Of a stretch of 64,000 nucleotides of DNA, positions 11,426 through 24,355 are shown piece after piece. Where the stretch lies: the NCBI GenBank assembly GCA_035221665.1, contig CM069142.1, forward strand, positions 7,254,001-7,318,000, given 5' to 3'. Every line of letters starts with the position of its first letter. Position 1 is the first letter of the stretch. Source of the DNA: Okamejei kenojei. Its lineage: Eukaryota. The notes under the pieces were generated by a model. The model was not told the DNA's origin. It did no database searches and saw nothing but the letters and a program-made list of their open reading frames with translations. A program made the position numbers and the translations under genes.

Positions 11426-13901
11426 CTCTATTAAACATCGATCAGAAAATTTTAAACCAAAATTTTAGCACACAGATTAAGCTTAGTGATTTATAAATTA
11501 ATACACCCCGATCAAACTGACTTTATTCCAAAACGTTATTCATATCATAATCTGAGACGATTATATACTCAAATCGAATAGCTAATGAAGACTTAGCAGT
11601 CATCTCGCTAGACGCTGAGAAAGCATTCGATCAAATTGAATGGCCCTATTTATTTTCGGTGATGGAAAAATTTCAATTAGGTGAGAAGTCTTGTACATGG
11701 GTTAAGCTTTTATATACCAATCCAACAGCCAGAATAATGACAAATCAAATGTTATCAAAAAAAATTGTTTTATCTGAAGGTTGTAGACAAGGATGCCCGT
11801 TATCACCGTTACTATTCGCCCTTGTTATAGAACCACTAGCGGAACGAATTCGAGCTCATCCAGAAATATATGGATATAATACTGAAAATACAGTTAATAA
11901 CATTTCTCCATATGCAGATGATGTATAACTATATATTACAAATCCAGAAATTAGTATCCCTAACCTGTTAAATCTTATAACTCAATTTGGTTTATTCTCG
12001 GGATATAGAATCAACTGGAAGAAGAATGAGATTATGCCAATAATGGAACCTAATGTATATATATTGCAACAATCACCTTTAAAAATAGTGAATGAAAATT
12101 TTAAATACTTAGGAATCTATGTGACCAAGAAATATACTTCTTTATTTAAATCAAATTTCATGCCTTTACTTGATAAATTAGATAAGAATATTCAATATTG
12201 GAAAACACTTCCTATTTCAATGCTCGGTAAAATTAATGCAATTAAAATGATTTTCCTTCTATACCGCTTCCAATCAATTCCAATATACCTCCCTAAAAAT
12301 TTCTTTAAAAAAATTGACTCTATTGTAACAAGTTTTATTTGGAATTATAAGAATCACAGAATAAGTAAAAAACACATGTAAATCTAAGACGAATGGAGGA
12401 TTAGTCTTACCAAATTTCTTATTTTATTTCTGGGCAGTCAATGTCAAAAACTTAAATTTCTGGTTGGAAGATATGGATCAACAACCAGACTGGTTAAAGA
12501 TGGAAAAGAAGGATTGTCTGCCATTTGAAATTGGCCCGATTTTCCTATCCCCTACAAAATTGAATAAAAAGATCTATAGTGAAAATCCAATAATACATTC
12601 GAATTTGGAAACAAATAAAAAACACATTAAAATTGGATAATTTATCACTTTCGCTCCCTATTGCAAATAACCCTTCATTTAAGCCTTCGGTATTGGATAA
12701 AGGCTTTACACGATGGAAAAACTATGGTATTAAAAAGATGGGACATCTTTATAGAAAAGGTGTGTTCCTCTCGTTTCTGGAGGCACAACAGAATTATGGA
12801 TTGCATTCAAATAATTTTTTTAGATATTTTCAATTGAAAGATTATGTTAAATCACATACACAAGAATACAGAATTAGAGAGCCAGAGATTCTAGATGAAT
12901 GTTTGAATAAACATCCCAACACAGTCAAATTAATATCATATATTTATAATATTCTGCTAGATAGCGAGAATCCGTCGACGGAATCACATAGACAAGCATG
13001 GGAAAATGAATTAGTTCAACCCATAACGAAAGATATTTGGGATGAAAGTCTACAACATATACATCAATGTTCGTTAAACGCCAGACATTCTTTAATACAA
13101 TTTAAAATATTACACAGATTGCATTATTCTAAAACAAAATTAAATAGAATTTTTCCTAATATCTCTCCTGTCTGCGATAAATGTCAATACTCTGAGGCTA
13201 ATTTAACCCATACCTTTGTAAATTGCATAAAAATTAAAACATTTTGGGTGGATATTTTTAAAATTATTTCCGTAGTGGTTAATATTCAACTGGATCCCGA
13301 TCCTAAATTAATAATATTGGGCATATCTGAACAATACCTAAAACTGACAATAAACCAAACAAATTTCCTGGATTATAGTATAATAACTGGTAAAAAACTA
13401 ATATTAAAATTTTGGAAAAACCCTGCATCCCCTACAATTAAAATGTGGATTATGGAGATGTCGGAGACCTTAAATCTGGAAAAAATTAGATTTGTCTTAA
13501 TTGACAAACCTGAATTATTTATTAGAATATGGTCGCCGTTCATAGATTATTTGAAGGGGTAGAATGGGCCAGCGCTGAGGCTCGACGGAAGCTTGAACCC
13601 AGGACTAGACGAATAGTTTTGTTTTCTTACCTACAGACCTATCTCCTAAGTTGTATTATGGATAGTTTATTTTATGTTTCTAAGTGTTTTTTTTTCCTTT
13701 CTCTTTATTTTTTCTATCTATTAAAAAAAAAAATAATAATTAGAGTCAATGTTAATATGTAACCGATAAATGTAGACTCCTGCTACATTGGTAGTGGAGT
13801 CCTTGGAATCCTGAATATTTAATATGTAACCGTTTAACAAAGTTTGTAATGGTTTGGACTAGGATATGTACATGCCTCTAATAAAAGCTAACTATAAAAA
13901 A
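11426..13901 (+). mobile_element. L1-clade LINE (RT to 3' end), nested, 18-bp TSD
   Basis: GCRQGCPLSPLLF and YADD motifs; ORF fragments to 13562; AATAAA and A tail. TSD GGAATGATAGAAGGGCTG at 11408-11425 and 13902-13919. Confidence 0.93.
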
Positions 13902-13913
13902 GGAATGATAGAA

Positions 13914-14054
13914 GGGCTGGAAGATTGCAACCTCCACGTGGTCCGCCCTGTTTCGACTAATGCAATCAACTCGACGTGCACAAACGGAAGATTAAATAGA
14001 ACAAGTTGTCCAACAACTTTAGGCTGTGCACGCCACACGGAAGAAGAAGAAGAA
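13914..14054 (+). mobile_element. ~140-bp (GAA)n-tailed retroposon
   Basis: TSD GAATGATAGAA at 13903-13913 and 14055-14065. Homologous to 45637-45769. Confidence 0.8.
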
Positions 14055-14372
14055 GAATGATAGAAAATTTCCAGTTTCATACATGTCTCCAAGCGTTTTA
14101 ATTCCTATTCTTTCCCAATGGGTAAATGATTTATCAATAATGGATGGTTTAAACGGCAGATTATTACCTGTAGGAGAGAGAAGCGATAGGTTTCTTAATT
14201 TGAGGGGTTAATTTTATTTGTTTCCAAATTCTAATAGTACTATGAATAATTGGATTTTTCTTGTGTATTGTATTATTCAGTTTTATTGGTGAGAGAAGGA
14301 TCGCTCCTATATTAAAAGGGGAACAATCCTCTCTCTCCATTACTATCCAATCCACCCGTTGGGCAGAATCGT

Positions 14373-14630
14373 CCTTTTGTCCCAGGATGGAAAAATCAAA
14401 TATTAGTGGGCGTAGCTTTAAAGTGAAAGGGGCAATGTTTAAAGGAGATTTGTGAGGCAGGTTTTTCACACAGGGGGTGGTGGGTGCCTGGAACTCACTG
14501 CTGGGGGCTGGTGGTTGAGAAAGATATGTTAGAGGCATTTTAAAGGCCTGTACTTGCACTGTAGGGGGAGCCGTCCTGTATGGCTGCCTGTCCTGCAGCT
14601 GTCTGTCTTTACACTACTTTTTTAAATTTT
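14373..14630 (+). repeat. Right copy of ~259-bp direct repeat
   Basis: Near-identical to 10028-10286. Confidence 0.92.
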
Positions 14631-15327
14631 TAGTACGTTAAAAGTATTTTGATAGAGGTCTAGTCTTTTTATGTGGGGGGGGGGGGGGAAGGGGGAAACT
14701 GCTTTTCTTAGTCCCTACCTGGCGGGGAGGCAGCTTTTCGCCGGGCAGCATCTTCGACCCGTCCTCGCGGCCTAACATCGAGTCAGGAGCGGTGTTTCCT
14801 GAGGGGACCGGCTTCGGCGGCGGCACAGCGCTGGGGCAGCATCACGGAGTGGGCGATGCCTTGCCCGGGTCGCCGTGCCGGAGCTCCGGAGTGCTGAGTC
14901 TGCCGATGGAACATCGCGGAGCCGCGAGTCTGTGGAGCGGCGGTGCTGACCTTTACATCGGGAGCCTGGGATCTCTCGCCGAGATCGCCAGTGTTGGAGC
15001 TCCGATCGGCGCGGCCTTGTTGGCTTTGGAAGCCGCGGTCTCCGGTAAGGAAGCGGCCGTTCCAGGTGTCCCAAGCCGCTGCGAGGGTTGTCCCGACGCC
15101 GGAGCATCATCACCCGGCGAGAACGGCCGGAAACATCGGGCCACTGTGGTGGCGGCTGCAGAGGCCTCAATAGGCCCGACTGTGGGTGGACAATGGGATG
15201 AGGACTGGACTTTGTGCCTTCCTCCACAGTGGGAACCATTGTGGGGGGATGTTTTTATGTTAACTTTCTTCTTTAATGTTATGTTGTATCTTTATTAGTG
15301 TGCTGCAAGGACATCTGAATTTCCCTG
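14560..15327. repeat. GC/CpG-rich interspersed element (probable non-autonomous retroelement or LINE 5' region)
   Basis: Abrupt CpG-rich block. Its first ~70 bp also occur at ~10219-10286. ORFs are low-information. Confidence 0.45.
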
Positions 15328-15469
15328 NNNNNNNNNNNNNNNNNNNNNNNNNNNNNNNNNNNNNNNNNNNNNNNNNNNNNNNNNNNNNNNNNNNNNNNNN
15401 NNNNNNNNNNNNNNNNNNNNNNNNNNNNNNNNNNNNNNNNNNNNNNNNNNNNNNNNNNNNNNNNNNNNN
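15328..15469. other. Assembly gap
   Basis: Run of N. Confidence 1.
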
Positions 15470-16244
15470 GTTGTATGATCTATGCACTATGTTGTATGTT
15501 GAATGATCTATGCTCTATGTTGTATGTTGTATGATCTATGCTCTATGTTGTATGTTGTATGATCTATGTTCCAGCTGTTCACTCAACATGAGGTTGGATC
15601 ACTGGGCTGGCAGAACGTAGCGGTTGATACCAGGACAGAGTGCAGAAATGTCTTGATAACATTCCATGCGGTAACTGAAGCCAGAACAAGATGATTTTGT
15701 TGATGATGTTTGCAGTATAATACACACACAAAGCTCGAATGCATGGACATTATGGATTAAACATTGTGTACAACCACTTGTGGCCCGTTGTGTTGACACT
15801 AAATGCAGTTTATCACGTTTACAGTTGGGGTGACCTGACCGTGGGCATGGACGGAGTAGTCTACCAGGTAGTGAGCACGTTAGTCCTGACCCAGACAAGG
15901 GCCGCAACTTCCCGTCTCCTGGGCCCTGATGGAAGGTCCAGGAGAGAGTTCACAAGTTGCCACGTCCAGAATGGCTGTGCAGGTGAGGCTTCCACCAGGT
16001 GGTCTGCTGGCCCCTGCTCAGTGACTATGCTGACCACACTGTGCGCGAGAGTGTGTACACATTTGAATAGTAGGTCTTGTCCATTTACCAATGAGCGCAT
16101 CAGGTGGGATCACACTTTAAACTCAACCAGTGTTAACTGGTTAGCAGGGCTCCAGCTCTTACTGAGGAGATGGTCTTTCCATGGGACTGTTTCTGGAGAC
16201 CACAGTGTAACTTCACAACCAAGGCTGAGGATGGGTCTGGGAAT

Positions 16245-16740
16245 ATAGGAATTGTACGCATCTCTAGAAAGCATTCAGGCTGCTTGAATCTACAACAGCT
16301 TCCAATGATAAATGTCAAAAGTTAATTAGCCCGTCGAAATATTAACAATATTCCAGAAGATTCACTTTTTACCTTTGGGGATAATGATGTGGAAGAACTG
16401 ACAGAGGAATTTGGCTTAAATGGTCGGCTTTGTGTCCGAGCCTTCGGAGAATTCAAGGAATCTAAAGGCTGTAAATACAATTCCGGTGTCAACAGCAGAA
16501 TGGAAAAGAAGCTTCAGTTGCATGACACCACGACATGCAAGCCTTCAAACTGATCATCTCTCAGCTCTTCTAGTTATGAAGTTGGTGGGACCTCCTCTGT
16601 CAAAATGCAACCCTGAAGAATATGTGAGGACACGGCTTCTTAGTGGCAGAAGGCGGGCGGAAGAAACGGCACGCAGAAAGAAAGAGGTGACAGAAGGAAA
16701 ATGGAGATTATATACTATTATGGAACATTTTGTAATGTAA
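16245..16740 (+). mobile_element. hAT transposase C-terminal (dimerisation domain) relic, KIAA1586/ZNF862-like
   Basis: AVNTIPVSTAEWKRSFSCM...LSALLVMKLVGPPLSKCNPEEYVRT matches the P.S.A.CER.FS motif and downstream GPPL. Confidence 0.7.
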
Positions 16741-17044
16741 ACTGGAGTGTAATTCACTTAATTGTTGCGTTTGTTCATTAATAAATAAGTAGAAATTTCA
16801 GAAGTGTAGATTGTACTTACATTTATATATTGGCTGATCATCGTACGTATAGTCAGATTTGCAAAGTTGTAAACTGTACACTTCTTATTATTGGCTGATC
16901 ATTGTATGTATATAGTACATGTAACAAGATATGCAAAGTTGGAAACTGTACACTATTATTATTCTCAATAAATTTATGTATAATCTGAATTTTTTTTAAA
17001 TTTACCAAAATATATATTTGTTATACCTTTCTTTATGTGACTGA

Positions 17045-17512
17045 GTTACTGACGTATCCTGGCAAGACAGAGTGTCCAACGGCGAGATTCTGTCTCGCGC
17101 TGGCCTTCCCAGTATGTACACCGTACTTAGGCAGCGCAGACTGTGGTGGCTGGGCCCATGTCCTCCGCATAGAGGATGGCCGTATTCTCCATGGGGAGCT
17201 GGCACCTCTGAGGAGAATCTCCGGCCGCCTCAAGCTACGTCACCAGGACATCTGCAAGAGAGATGTGAAGGCCCTCGACATCGATGTGGAGTCCTGGGAG
17301 AGAGAGAACTTGCAGCTGACCGCACCAGGTGGAGAGGTATCCTGATCCGACATCTCAAAACGGGAGAAGAGGAACTGGGTGAACGCAGCGGCAGACAAGC
17401 GGGCATGCAGGAAGGAGAGCAGCAACTTCAACAAACCACAGACCACACACACAAATGTGAGCTTTGCCACAGAGACTGTCATTCCCGCATTGGTCTCCTC
17501 AGCCACAAGTGA
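17045..17512 (+). mobile_element. RTE-clade LINE 3' fragment
   Basis: SNGEILSRAGLPSMYTVLRQRRL.WLGHV.R.EDGRI...DICKRD.KAL...CELCHRDCHSRIGLLSH, frameshifted. Confidence 0.85.
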
Positions 17513-19828
17513 CGCTGCTGTGGCCGAGGTTTGGAGCAAGCGGCCAACAACTAGGATGCAACACCCATGGGCAGTCATGACCGATACAAACTGATACACT
17601 TTGCCTGTAATCGTCGTACCCAATGCATATAGGCTCAAAATGGCCCTGAAATTTACCATATTACAAACAAATTCTCATGGGGGGGGGGGGGGGGGAAGCG
17701 TCTACCACCCCCCCACCTTCCCTCCCAACCTCAGCCTCACAGACCTTAGCGTACCCCTAGTTCCTAAAACTCATTTCCATCTCAGCCAGTGACCTTTCAC
17801 ATCATCACCTCTTCCGAGTCAATCATTCCTCCAAACTCCCATGAACAAAGCGAACATCAGGAAAGCTGCCTGTTGATACCATCCTGACGCAGAAGGTCAC
17901 GCCGCTTCGTGTGTGAAGGGAACGGCGCTGCATTAGAAGCAACTTGTATCAGTTCCTCCATTATCGTAGGTTTAAGGGGGGGGTGGAGAGGAAGGATTAA
18001 TAGGAACCTGAGGGGTAACTTTCTCACACGGAGGGTGGTGGGTGTATGGAATGGGCTGCTAGAGGAGGTAGTTGAGGCTGGGACTACAGCAATATTGAAA
18101 CGACATTTAGACAGGGACATAGATAGGAAAGGTTTAGAGGGGTATGGGCCAAACGCAGGCAGGTGGGACTAGAATAATGGGGACTTGTTGGGTGGTGCGG
18201 GCAAGTTGAGCCGAACGGCCTGCTTCCACTCTGTTTGAATTTATACATAACTGTTTTAACTCTAAAGATTTTAAAACATCTGATTTCTATTTCTTTGAGT
18301 GCGGTGGGCAGTAAAACAGGAGGTGGAGTGTCAGTCAGCAGCAGAGATGATGGAGTGAGCATTAGGGACACAGCCGGCGGAGACGGGAGGTGTGAGTGAG
18401 GACACTCTGTCCACACGCTCGCTGGGATCTGTACCCACTTAGCATCACCGGCGACCTGTCACCTGTAAACAACCTGCTCCACCAAACATCACCAAGGAGC
18501 CTGAAGTTGCCCTCTCCATCCCATTCACATGCTGCCCCCGTGTTCTCTTTAACTGAGCCTAGAGTGGCTCAGTGTGGCCTCACCAGCGCCTTGTACAGCT
18601 GGAGCATTACATCCCGACGCCTAAACTCCACTGCCTGCCCTGAAGACATCCATCTCATCACCTTCACTGCCTAGTTCAACCCTCGCCATTGTCAGGAGCT
18701 CTCAACTTTGCACAGAGCTCCCTCTCCACATCTACACCCCGAGCTCTCTCTGCATGGGCTCATGCTGGTGCCAGGAAATGTCTAATGAAACAGAATCATG
18801 GAATGATTGAGGAAGTAAAGGAGAATGGGAAAGCATAAAAGCCCCCACCAGACAGACGTCTGTTAACATTGAAATTCGTGATAAACATCACCCAATGTGT
18901 ACAGTCTGAATGTGTTCGAATTGTGCAGAATATTTAAATTTCACATCAATGACATGATACATGGATCTACTAAATAATAAATAATGCATAATGTATTAAT
19001 AAAACTCCCTCTCCACACTGTCAGAAACCTCAAGACCCCGTTCCAAATATGTCCGTAAGAGGTAGCTACGACTTGTTTGAAGATCTCTCATTTAGTCTGG
19101 TGTGAGCTACATCACTTGTGCTCTTATTAGCTTCCCCATTGTTATGTCTCTCACGTGGATGAGGGCAAGAGGTGACTGAAGATATAAACTCATCTCCTCT
19201 TACCTCCGAGTGGAAACTCCAGGATCAGTCGGTGTATCGATGCTCGGGCAGACAAGTATGTCAGACTCACTCTCGTGTGCAACTGCTCGTTCTTCTGAAG
19301 ATTCCTTCAATCTCGTTGAAGGTCTGGTTCTGAAGAGAGTTTGCAAGTTGCATAAACGCCTACATGTGAGCAGGCAGGGTTTTTGGTTTGAGAGTGTGTT
19401 GGGTGGGGGTTGCAGTGAAGGCCGTGCGCTTGTGACGACACAGAGCGTGACTTTCATCTTCCAGGAATTCACTCAGACGATTACAAAGATATCTCAGTTT
19501 CAATCTTCATACCACTGGGTTGTAAGCTGCCCAAGCGAAATATGAGTCCAGTTTGCGGTTGACCTCACTTTAGCAATGGTGGTGGTCCACGACAGAAAAG
19601 TAAGTATGGGAATGGGAAGGGGTTAGTGGTTGGCAGCAGATTAAATCATGCCTTTGTTTTATCTGAAATGCTCAGCTGTTTGCACGATGTCTTGCAGAAA
19701 GCATCACTGGGCAGATTTTGAGATTGCTGGAAAGGAGGTCAGGTGGATGACTAAGTGTGATAATATATTTTAAATGTTGATGAGTGATCTCTGTCTGTAA
19801 AACTCTGTATGAAAGTCTTTCTGATCTT

Positions 19829-20365
19829 TTAGTTTAGTTTCGAGATACAGTGCGGAAACAGGCCTGTCGGCCTACCGAGTCCGCGCCGACCAGCGATCCC
19901 CGCACATTAACACTATCCTACACACAGTAGCAACAATTTACAATATTACCGAAGCCAATTAACCTTCTAACATGTAGGTTTTTGGAATGTGGGAGCAAAC
20001 CGGAGCACCCGTGGAAAACCCACGCAGGTCACGTGGAGAACGTGCAAACTCCACATAGACATTGGGCGGCACGGTGGCGCAGCGGTAGAGTTGCCGCCTT
20101 ACACCGCTTGCAGCTCCAGAGGACCGGGTTCGATCCCGACAACGGATGCCAGCTACAAGGAGTTTGTACGTTCTCCCCGTGACCTGCGTGGGTTTCCTCC
20201 CACACTCCAAAGACGTACAGGTTTGTGGGTTAATTGGCTTTATATAAGTGTACATTGTCCCTAGTGTGTGTAGGATAGTGTTAATGTGCGGGAATGGCTG
20301 GTCGGCACGGACTCGGTGGGCCGAAGGGCCTGTTTCCGCGCTGTATCTAAACTAAACTAAACTAA
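19829..20365. mobile_element. Inverted (head-to-head) pair of tRNA-derived SINEs
   Basis: Plus copy from ~20064 has A box TGGCGCAGCGG, B box GGTTCGATCCC and a (CTAAA)n tail. The minus copy at 19829-20060 is its reverse complement. Confidence 0.82.
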
Positions 20366-20924
20366 TCAAGCAGCCATAGTCAGGATGGAACCCGGGTCTC
20401 TGCTGCTGTAAGGCAGTAGCTTTACCTCCAACCCCATGTTGATAAAGTCCCAGAAACCTTCCCCTGTGTGTTTCAAAAGTCCTCTTCAATTGCCCATTAT
20501 CGTATGATCAGCAAAGGCTGAGTGTTCCCTTGAGCACCACTGAAAATCCTCAGCAAAGAAGTGTTTACTCATCAGCCCGCCACTGTTAGTAGAGGGCTTC
20601 GTGTCCAGCGCTCTCCACAAGAATGCTGCCCACATGATGGGTGCCAGCAGATAACTGAAGTGCCAATCCACCCCCCTGATGGTTCTCCCAGCTGTTTTCC
20701 TTCAGCTCGCTTCAACTCCAGTGAGAAGAAGCACTCCTGCATTAACTGCAGGCTGAACGGGCATCTCAACCCAAGAACCCACCATGGGTTCCTCACAGGC
20801 TCCTTGCTACATAGTGGAGCCTTCATTCTCAGCAGAGAGTCTCTGGAACAGTGTTAACGTGTTGCAATCACACACTCTACTTTCTCCAGTATCTTTCAAC
20901 ACTGCTGCAACACAACATTCAGTT

Positions 20925-22560
20925 TCAGTATTTACTTTAATGTCATTTTAGCTGAGTACTTACACACACAGAAGAAACAAAAAATTGTTTCCCAATCAGT
21001 TCCTGTCAGTGCAGTTAATAAAAACAGAATAAATACATACAGCTTTAAAATTAAAATTAACATATCTAAAATAGGGCTAAAAATTGAACCAAAAAACAGA
21101 CATTCAGACCGGACAGTGGCTTTGCTTAGACAGGTGCCCAGCTGTCAAAGTATGGGCGAGGTTAGATGATTTGGTGTGTGATGTATGGGGAGGGGACACA
21201 GTCCGTTAGCCAGTTTTATTGCCTGTGGGAAGAAGCTGTGTAGCATCCTGCTGGTTCTGCAGCTGATGCTCCCGTACCTCTTCCCAGATGGCAGAATGGG
21301 GAAGATGTTATGTGATGGGTGATGTGGGTCCTTAATAATGGAGATGGCTCTGTGGATGCTACGCTTCTGATAGATCTCCAACAGGAAAGGGAGTGGAGCA
21401 CCGATGATCCTACTGGCTGTCTTCACCATCCTGTTACGTTGCTTTTCTTCATAAGCCTTGCAGCTCCCAAACCAGGAGGTGATGCCGTAGGTCAATATAC
21501 TCTCGATGGTGCCCCTGTAGAAGGTCATTAGGTGAACAGCAGGGAGACCTGCTTTTCTTAGTCTCCAGAGAGGGTGGAGCCGCTGTTGTGCTCCTTTGAT
21601 GACTGCTGTGGTGTTGGTCGTAGAGGTCAGGTCATCCGCCAGGTGAAGTCCCAGGAATTTCACACTGCTGACCCTCTCCACAGCAGCACCATCAATATGC
21701 AGCGGTGTGTGGTGGTGTTTTCCAGCCCTCCTGAAATCGATCACCATCTGCTTTGTCTCTTCCACGTTGAGGATGAGATTATGAGATCTGCACCACTCTG
21801 TAAGCAGCTCCACCGCCATCCTGTATGCCGACTCATTGTTGTCACTGATGAGACCCACCACTGTTGTATCATCAGCGAACTTGTTGATGTAATTATTGCC
21901 GAGTCTGGCAGTACAGTTATGAGTAAGCAGACTGAACAGCAGGGGGCTTAGGACACAGCCTTGGGGTGAGCCAGTGCTCACTGCGATGGTTCTTGATGTC
22001 CGACTGCCCACCCTGACTGTCTGCTGCCGCTGCGTCAGAAAATTAAGGACCCAGTTACAAATGCCAGTGTCCACCTTCAACAGCTTCAGCTTCTCCACCA
22101 GCTGCTGTGGGATGAATGTGTTAAAAGCCGAGCTGGTCTATGAAGAGGATCCTGGCATAGGTGTTCTTCCGGTCAAGATGTGATAGTGCGAGGTTAAGTG
22201 TTGTGGAGACTGCGTCCTCTGTGGACCGGTTGGCTCTGTAAACAAACTGCAGTGGGTCCAGGTTGGCAGCGAGACAGTTTTTGATGTGCTGCATGACCAG
22301 CCGCTCAAAACACTTCATTAATATGGGTGTGAGAGCCACTGGACGAAAGTCATTGAGACAGGCTGGGTTGGGCTTCTTCGGGACGGGAACGATGACGGCA
22401 TTTTTGAGGCAGTTGGGCACTACTGCCTGGCTGAGTGAGTTGTTAAAAATGTCTGCAAAGACATCTTTTAGTTAATCTGCGAAGTCCCTTAAAATGCGTC
22501 CAGGGATGTTGTCCGGCCCTGCAGCTTTCCTTCTGCACATCGCTTCATTGCCAGAACACA
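20925..22560 (-). mobile_element. Rex1/Babar LINE reverse transcriptase, 5'-truncated
   Basis: ORFs 22121-22420 and 21145-22098: [39 protein letters not shown]. Confidence 0.92.
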
Positions 22561-22924
22561 TGGTTTTGTGTGGAACCTGGAGGAGACCCGTTCTTCACTG
22601 AGAGGGAAGTCATTGCCAAGACAGGAATGATCTTCTGAATGACCTGAAGAGAAGAGATGGGTCATGAAGGGAAGAGATGGAAGGTTACCTATCCATGTTC
22701 CCCAGAGATGCCGCCTGACCCGCTGAGTTACTCCAGCACTTTGTGTCTATCCTGAATGACCTCCAGCTTTTGCAAAAAGCATCCAGGAGAAGCGCGAATT
22801 GTGGACGCAGCCCAGACCTTCACACAAACCAACCTCCCTTCTATTAACTCCATTTATACCTCATGCTGCTTCAGCAAGGCCAGCAGCGTAGTCAAAGATG
22901 AGTCGCACCCTGACCACTCCCTCT

Positions 22925-23731
22925 TAGTCATAGAGACATAGAGTCATAGAGCGATACAGAGTGGAAACAGGCCCTTCGACCCAACTTGCCCATACCGGCC
23001 AACATGTCCCAGCTATACTAGTCCCACCGGCCCGTGTTTGGCCCATATCCCTCCAAACTTGTTCTATCCATGTACCTGTCCAACTATTTCTTAAACGGGA
23101 GGATAGTCCCTGCCTCAACTACCTCCTCTGGCAGCTTGTTCCATACCCCCGCCACTCTTTGTGTGAATAAGTTATCCCTCAGATTCCTATTCAATCTTTT
23201 CCCCTTCACCTTGAACCTATGTCCTCTGGTCCTCGATTCCCCTACTCTGGGCAAGAGACTCTGTGCATCTACCCAATCTATTCCTCGCATGATTTTATCT
23301 GACACCTCTATAATATCATTCCTGCACTTCAAGGAATAGAACCCAGCCTACTCAACCTCTCCCTACAGCTCACACCCTCTAGTCCTGGCAACATCCTCGT
23401 AAATCTTCTCTGTACCCTTTCCAGCTTGACTACATCTTTCCTATAACATGGTGCCCTGAACTAACACAATATTCTAAATGCGGTCTCACCAACGTCTTAT
23501 ACAACTGCAACATGACTTCTCAACTTCTGTAATCAATACCCTGACTGATGAAGGCCAATGTGCCAAATGGCATTTTGACCACCTGATCTACCTGCGACTC
23601 CCCCTTCAAGGAACCATGCACCTGTGCTCCTAGATCCCTCTGCTCTACTACACTCCGTAAAGCCATACCATTCACTGTGTAGGTCCTGCCCATATTAGAC
23701 TTCCCACAATGCAACACCTCACATTTCTCTG
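22925..23731 (-). mobile_element. CR1 LINE 3' fragment
   Basis: EKCEVLH..., ESRTRGHRFKVKG..FTQRV..WNKLP, ctctatgact tail. Confidence 0.88.
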
Positions 23732-24355
23732 TCTGCAAAAAAAATGTCTCTAGACTTGCCTCCATTGGCAACGGTGCTGAGTGCCAGCATTCAGGCATCA
23801 TGATGCAGCTGTACGTTTGGTGAGACCACACTTGCAGTACTGTGTGCAGTTCTGGTTGCCGTGGATTATTTTCTCTGGAGTGTCAGACACAGAGGGGCCA
23901 CCTGATGGAAGTTTATAACAGTCTGAGAAGTGTAGATCGGTAGACAGCCAGAGTCTGTTTCCAAGGGCACGAACGCCAAATACTAGAGGAAACAGCTTGA
24001 AGGTGAGAGGGATGGTTTTCAGGGCAAGTTTATTTTACACAGAGGGTGGTGAGTGCCTGGAACACACTATCAGGAGGGTGGTGGTAGAGACAGACATGAT
24101 ACTGGCGTTTAAGAGGTTTTTGGATCGACAGGGCTATGCAGGGAATGGAGGAGTATGGATCACATGCAGGAAGTTGGGATTAATTAGACTGACATTATGG
24201 TCAGTACAGACACAGTGGGCTGAAGGGCCTGTTCCTGTGTCGTACTGTTCCATGTTCTGTGGATGTCCAGGGATTGTCTAAGTGTGGAGAGGAGGGAGGG
24301 ATCTATGTCCACAGGTAACCACACTATCACCTGGACAGGTGGAAATGGTCCTGGT

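Larger units (their letters stand above)
10287..14374 (-). mobile_element. L1-clade LINE, 5'-truncated, interrupted by nested insertions
   Basis: ORF2 C-terminus at 10642-11301 (QFKILHRLYY, CDKC zinc motif) continues at ~14056-14374 (DWIVMEREDCSPFNIGA). A-rich tail at ~10287-10330. Confidence 0.9.

Noticed and set aside
14772-15298. Overlapping 155-168-aa ORFs
   Set aside because: A by-product of a GC-rich repeat, with no recognisable domain.
15599-16248. ORFs of 79-169 aa in apparently unique sequence
   Set aside because: No recognisable motif or convincing splice structure.
20064-20140. tRNA gene
   Set aside because: The A/B boxes belong to a SINE head followed by SINE body and tail; no complete cloverleaf.
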